Origin: Candidatus Geocrenenecus arthurdayi
Lineage (GTDB): Archaea; Thermoproteota; Nitrososphaeria_A; Caldarchaeales; Wolframiiraptoraceae
Direction: 5' to 3'
DNA: 64,000 bases
Assembly: GCA_023539395.1 (NCBI GenBank)
Contig: JAKCEX010000002.1
Span: 2,680-66,679 of the forward strand
Position numbers and translations under genes: made by a program
Shown here: positions 59,685-64,000 of the stretch, piece after piece
Numbering within the stretch: the first letter of the stretch is position 1
Layout: each line of letters starts with the position of its first letter
The notes under the pieces: model-generated
Seen by the model: the letters and a program-made list of their open reading frames with translations, nothing else
The model's database searches: none
What the model was told of the DNA's origin: nothing

Positions 59685-60617
59685 TTATTTCTCAAATCTT
59701 CTCCTTAATTCTGCTAAGACATCACTTAAGCTTCTATAGCTTTCTTTTCTTAACTGTTTTAGGATTACAGACGCTGGAGCCCTCGTCTTCGAATCTACGT
59801 CAATAAGCTTCCACCCATGCTTCTTTACCAGTTCATTTTTAGTTGTTGGGAATACAGCATCACTTAATACTTCTGCAAGGGAGTCTATTCCATAACTACT
59901 CGTAACAGGTGGTAGTTCATCTTTCTTTATGAATCTCTCCATTCTAGCAGCATCAAGGTACATTGAGATTCCATGGAAACTTAGATAGACTTTTCTAGAT
60001 TTTCTTCTATCAGCTCTCTCCTTGATTAGCTTAAGGTCTTCATCTGTAAATTGATATATATTATGTTCACCTAAACCAAATAGTCTACTATATGATATTT
60101 CCTCATCATCATAGGGTGGTTCTTCTCTAGAATAATCTGTTATAGGTATTATACCCATGCTCTGAAACTCATCTAATGATTCTCTACTATCACTATACCA
60201 TCCGCATCTAGGTTCTAGAGCCATCCTAACCTCATTAAACTCAACCTCTCCTAAGATGCTTTTTAGGTTTTGAAGGATATATTGTAGACTTAGATTCTTC
60301 GGTGTCTCTAATACTAGTACTCTAGAATTGAGGATTCTACATATCTCAAGCATTTCTTTTAAAGCTTTTAATGTATTATTTGTTAATCTTAATGCTTCTG
60401 AATGTGTAATGATTCTATTTGCTTTAACCGTGAACTCGAAATCTAATGGGACACGCTTTCTCCATGAAACTATAGTCTTAAGGCTAGGTAATGTATAGAA
60501 AGTTGAATTAACTTCAACGAACTTAAATGCTAATGAATACATTTTCAACGGGTCTTCATTTAATACCTTAAAGTAATGCCACCCACCACACCCAACAACT
60601 ATCTCTGTCCTAGACAT
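59685..60617 (-). CDS. DUF72-family protein with a DUF2795-like C-terminal extension
   Basis: N-terminus VGCGGWHY...FVEVNSTFY fits the DUF72 pattern. The C-terminal ~70 aa (VFPTTKNELVKKHGW...SYRSLSDVLAEL) resemble DUF2795. Confidence 0.7.
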   Translation of the reverse strand: MSRTEIVVGCGGWHYFKVLNEDPLKMYSLAFKFVEVNSTFYTLPSLKTIVSWRKRVPLDFEFTVKANRIITHSEALRLTNNTLKALKEMLEICRILNSRVLVLETPKNLSLQYILQNLKSILGEVEFNEVRMALEPRCGWYSDSRESLDEFQSMGIIPITDYSREEPPYDDEEISYSRLFGLGEHNIYQFTDEDLKLIKERADRRKSRKVYLSFHGISMYLDAARMERFIKKDELPPVTSSYGIDSLAEVLSDAVFPTTKNELVKKHGWKLIDVDSKTRAPASVILKQLRKESYRSLSDVLAELRRRFEK

Positions 60618-60788
60618 CCTCTAATGCTAATATATGAAACTCGTTTTTAAGAAATTTCCTAACAATCATCTCATAATACAAGTAGCCGTATAACCGAGAG
60701 ATTATACCAGTTGTTATAATTATATGCTTTACTCTAGAAAAACTAGAAACCTACATAACCTAGTTATTGATATTACTAGGCTTAGAGA

Positions 60789-61961
60789 TTGTCAAGAGTC
60801 TTCATAGGGACTAGTGGATGGAGTTACTCAGACTGGGAAAACGTATTCTATAAGTCTGAGAAGCATAAGCTAAAGAGATACTGCATGGTTTTCAATACAG
60901 TTGAAGTAGACTCAACTTTCTATTCATACCCCTCACTAGAACTAGTAAAAGGATTAGTGAATTCTACTCCTGATGGTTTTGTTTTTACAGCTAAGTTACC
61001 ATCCTTAATAACTCATGAAAAGAAGCTTGATATCTCAAAAGGAGTAGAGAAAGACTTAGATAGATTCCTAGAGTTTATGCAGCCAATTAATAAAGCTGGG
61101 AAACTGGCTTCCCTACTCATACAGCTGCCTCCAAGATACAGTTATGATAAGTATTCTGAAGTATTCAGAGAATTCCTGAATCTCACAGTTGGGGAATTCA
61201 GGTATGCTGTAGAGTTTAGAGATTTTTCGTGGCTTAGAGAAGATGTCTTGAATCTACTCTCAAAGTATGATGTAGCGTACACTATCGTTGATGAACCACT
61301 CCTTCCACCCTATACCTACGTTACTACAGATTTCGCATACATTAGATGGCATGGAAGAGGTAGAAATCCATGGTACTACTACCATTATAGCTTGAGCGAA
61401 TTAAGTGAGTGGAAACAGAGGATCCTAGAAGTAAGAGATAAAGTCGGAAGAGTATACGGATACTTTAATAACCACTTTAAAGGCTACGCTGTACACAATG
61501 CACTTCAAGTCCTCGAAATCCTCGAAATAATCACACCTACCCAGAGAAAAATCCTCGAAGAAGTAGAGAAGAATCTTCAGGAAGTAAAGATACAGCAACC
61601 TAGTCATATCCTTTATCTTCTTCCAGAGAAGCTTCCTGAGAAAATTGAAGAATTACTTGGAATGCTAACTGATAAGGTAAGGTTGAAGAGAGCAAAAGAG
61701 ATTACAGAAGACTTGATTGAGGTAAGAGAAATAACTGAACAACATCTATCTGCAAAAGTAAAAGATTACAATATCGTAATAGATTTAGAAAAACGTATAA
61801 TAATCCATGATTGTGCTGACTGGTCTAGAACTAGAACTTCATTAAGCTTCTGTAAACATTTAAACGCTTTGATCCTCAACATAGATGAAAGATACGCAAG
61901 GAGAATCCTAGAAGATGTGATTATCAATAGGAGCCTCTGGTCATTTATAGAGAATGTTTGA
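60789..61961 (+). CDS. DUF72-family protein with a C-terminal SWIM-like zinc-finger extension
   Basis: IGTSGWSYSDWENVFY...FNTVEVDSTFY...IQLPP...YIRWHGR is the DUF72 core. The C-terminus YNIVIDLEKRIIIHDCADW...SFCKHLNALIL is SWIM-like (HxC...CxH). TTG start. Confidence 0.72.
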   Translation: MSRVFIGTSGWSYSDWENVFYKSEKHKLKRYCMVFNTVEVDSTFYSYPSLELVKGLVNSTPDGFVFTAKLPSLITHEKKLDISKGVEKDLDRFLEFMQPINKAGKLASLLIQLPPRYSYDKYSEVFREFLNLTVGEFRYAVEFRDFSWLREDVLNLLSKYDVAYTIVDEPLLPPYTYVTTDFAYIRWHGRGRNPWYYYHYSLSELSEWKQRILEVRDKVGRVYGYFNNHFKGYAVHNALQVLEILEIITPTQRKILEEVEKNLQEVKIQQPSHILYLLPEKLPEKIEELLGMLTDKVRLKRAKEITEDLIEVREITEQHLSAKVKDYNIVIDLEKRIIIHDCADWSRTRTSLSFCKHLNALILNIDERYARRILEDVIINRSLWSFIENV

Positions 61962-62059
61962 ACTTATTGACACAATAAAAGTTTGTGAAAGCACATCTTA
62001 CAAGTAGGATTTCTCGAATCAATTTATTAAATGGTTTTGACATAGTTCTTTAGACCTAG

Positions 62060-63232
62060 ATGGCGCTAATAAGCTCGTGGATTACTCTACTCATCTCAAT
62101 AATAATTGTTGTATTCTTAGTTTTCAGAAAAGTGAACGTGGGTATTGCACTAGCTTTAGGTGCAATTCTATATGGTACACTATCATTAGGAGCTGAGATC
62201 TTTAAAGCTACTGTAGATGCGTTCGACTTGAAGATGTTTCAAACATTAGTTGCATTAACTCTCTCAATGTTTCTAGCAGATATATATAATTCTGTTGGAG
62301 CTTCCCGCTTACTTATCGAAAGCTTTGAAGTCATTGGTCCAAGGTTTGCTGCATTTTCAACACCTGCGGTTATAGGTTTACTTCCAATGCCCGGTGGAGC
62401 CTACGTATCAGCTGTAGTCGTTGACCCATTGTACAATAACATGGGGTTAAAGAGTGATGTAAAGACTTTCATAAATTACTGGTTTAGACATCTATGGATA
62501 ACTACTTGGCCTCTCTACCAGGGAGTAATCCTAGCTTCTGGATTGCTAGGTCTCTCATCAAGCTACATAATGATGTTAAATATGCCTATAACCTTAGCAG
62601 CTTTAGTATCGGGAATCATATTTGGGTATAGAGAGATAAACAAAAATACACATAGAGTAAAGAAGGCTCCTGGGAGTGATCTGAAGAAGATGGTGCATGC
62701 TTGGCCTTTCATCTCAATAGCATTGTTATCGATTGTATTTAACTTGAATATTGTTTTATCCATAGCTGTAACTTTGATTATTTTCATCCTAGTATACAGA
62801 CCAATGAAGGAGAAATTAATTCATGCTTTAAAGTATTCAGTTAATTCAACGTTTATACTGATAGTTGTATTCTCATTCATCTTCAGTAAATATATTGAGA
62901 AGACTAATGTAGCCCATTTCCTCGCAGATATCTTATCAGGCTATGCAGACATAGCTGTTTTCTTAATACCACTGGTAATTGTTATTGGAACAGGTGTAGA
63001 GTTTACATATATTGCTTTAGCTTTCCCACCCCTTCTACCATTATTTAATCCTGAGAGGCTTCTACTATCATTCGCTGGAGGGTTCGTTGGAGCAATGCTT
63101 AGCCCTGCACATGCATGCCTCGTGATGTCAGCAGAATATTACAAAACAGAGCTACCAAAAACATATAGGTTAATCTTGCCAGCCACAATTCTAACAGCAA
63201 CGCTTGTGATACTATATGTTCTCTTCAGTTAG
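62060..63232 (+). CDS. DUF401-family integral membrane protein
   Basis: About 10-12 TM segments and the LPMPGGAYVSA motif remembered from DUF401 proteins. Confidence 0.55.
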   Translation: MALISSWITLLISIIIVVFLVFRKVNVGIALALGAILYGTLSLGAEIFKATVDAFDLKMFQTLVALTLSMFLADIYNSVGASRLLIESFEVIGPRFAAFSTPAVIGLLPMPGGAYVSAVVVDPLYNNMGLKSDVKTFINYWFRHLWITTWPLYQGVILASGLLGLSSSYIMMLNMPITLAALVSGIIFGYREINKNTHRVKKAPGSDLKKMVHAWPFISIALLSIVFNLNIVLSIAVTLIIFILVYRPMKEKLIHALKYSVNSTFILIVVFSFIFSKYIEKTNVAHFLADILSGYADIAVFLIPLVIVIGTGVEFTYIALAFPPLLPLFNPERLLLSFAGGFVGAMLSPAHACLVMSAEYYKTELPKTYRLILPATILTATLVILYVLFS

Positions 63233-63336
63233 CTCTAACATCAAAAACGTATAAAGAGAGATCACAGAAAATATGTCCGCTAAATTGTGAATCTTTTAGG
63301 GAAACGGTTATAAAATCATTACTCAACATCATATTT

Positions 63337-63714
63337 ATGAGCTTGAAGCCAGGTTTAATTTTTAGAGAAAAGTATATTGTTACATCTGAGTATACAGCTA
63401 AACATCTCGGTTCAGGTGGAGTTGAAGTTTTAGCTACACCTGCTATGATACTTTTCATGGAGCATACATGTAGAGTTAACTTAGATAACCTTCTTACACC
63501 AGACCAAACAACAGTCGGTATACATGTAGATGTATATCATGTAAAACCTGCACCGATAAATTCTGAGATCCTAGTAGAAGCGAAATTGCTTGAGATAGAT
63601 GGTAGAAGATTAATCTTCTATGTTACAGCATACTGGAAAGATAAATTAATAGGATACGGTATACATGAAAGATACATCGTAGATAAAGAAGATTTCATTC
63701 GGAGAATCAGGTGA
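63337..63714 (+). CDS. Hotdog-fold thioesterase (FlK/YbgC-like)
   Basis: A 125-aa protein. V....TA..LGSGGVEVLATPAMILFME..C is typical of small hotdog thioesterases. Confidence 0.65.
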   Translation: MSLKPGLIFREKYIVTSEYTAKHLGSGGVEVLATPAMILFMEHTCRVNLDNLLTPDQTTVGIHVDVYHVKPAPINSEILVEAKLLEIDGRRLIFYVTAYWKDKLIGYGIHERYIVDKEDFIRRIR

Positions 63715-63931
63715 TTTCATTGCTAGTCTATCTCTTTTCCCAAGAGGAACTATAGAAAAACACAACCACCTAACTATGCATAACGGTAATTCATGATATT
63801 TAATAGGTTCTTAACGATTTTAACTATTAGTAGATTTCATGTTCTATCTAGCAAAACTCCAGAATCAGCTACAGGCGGGCTTAGCGATGAAGCTTTTAAT
63901 GAGAACTTTTATGAAGTTTACTAAGGTAATC

Positions 63932-64000
63932 TTAGAAGAATTTTTCTAAGCTTGTTACTCCGATTATTTTTTCGAAGTCTAGGTCTAATGCATCAAAGAC
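63932..64000 (-). CDS. C-terminal 22 codons of an unidentified minus-strand gene that begins beyond the window
   Basis: My translation of the minus strand from 64000 gives VFDALDLDFEKIIGVTSLEKFF, then TAA (63934-63932). It is too short to classify. Confidence 0.2.
   Translation of the reverse strand, partial: VFDALDLDFEKIIGVTSLEKFF

Noticed and set aside
1-64000. CRISPR arrays, IS elements, integrases and rRNA genes.
   Set aside because: I saw no regularly spaced direct repeats, no transposase or integrase-like ORFs, and no rRNA-like conserved stretches. Nothing supports calling any of these.

Overview
The window looks like a chromosomal segment of an AT-rich, probably hyperthermophilic archaeon. 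It is most consistent with a crenarchaeote: Alba, TFS, ABCE1, TIP49, an aKMT-like lysine methyltransferase, a PibD-like prepilin peptidase, an intron-containing tRNA-Arg, and an ABC binding protein with a Thr-rich stalk plus C-terminal membrane anchor. About 65 tightly packed genes are present, and most are housekeeping or metabolic. They include the TIP49/RNase HII/NTPase operon, agmatinase, a NOL1/NOP2 methylase with a Nip7-like PUA protein, NAD synthetase, and a five-gene Opp/Dpp-type peptide ABC transporter. Also present are ribose-5-P isomerase, a B12 island (split methylmalonyl-CoA mutase, MeaB, PduO-type adenosyltransferase, BtuF-like protein), a LutC/LutB-A-like oxidoreductase, glutamate dehydrogenase, HtrA, CorA and several transporters. 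I saw no rRNA, CRISPR array, transposase, integrase or recognisable defence or toxin-antitoxin genes. Most short antisense ORFs in the track are shadows of real genes. Five signals are not explained by ordinary annotation. (1) A roughly 150-nt GC-rich, almost fully base-paired element at 46716-46866 starts 3 nt after the stop of an orphan PD-(D/E)xK-like ORF. (2) A second, tRNA-sized GC-rich structured island lies at about 22680-22752. (3) An HhH-GPD glycosylase-like protein with an atypical Cys4 cluster is translationally coupled to a small radical SAM enzyme, next to dcd and an SplB-like radical SAM gene. (4) A mutarotase-like gene is interrupted by a single in-frame TAG. (5) Two divergent DUF72 paralogues carry different putative nucleic-acid-binding C-terminal fusions. 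All family assignments come from motif recognition by eye. No database search was run.
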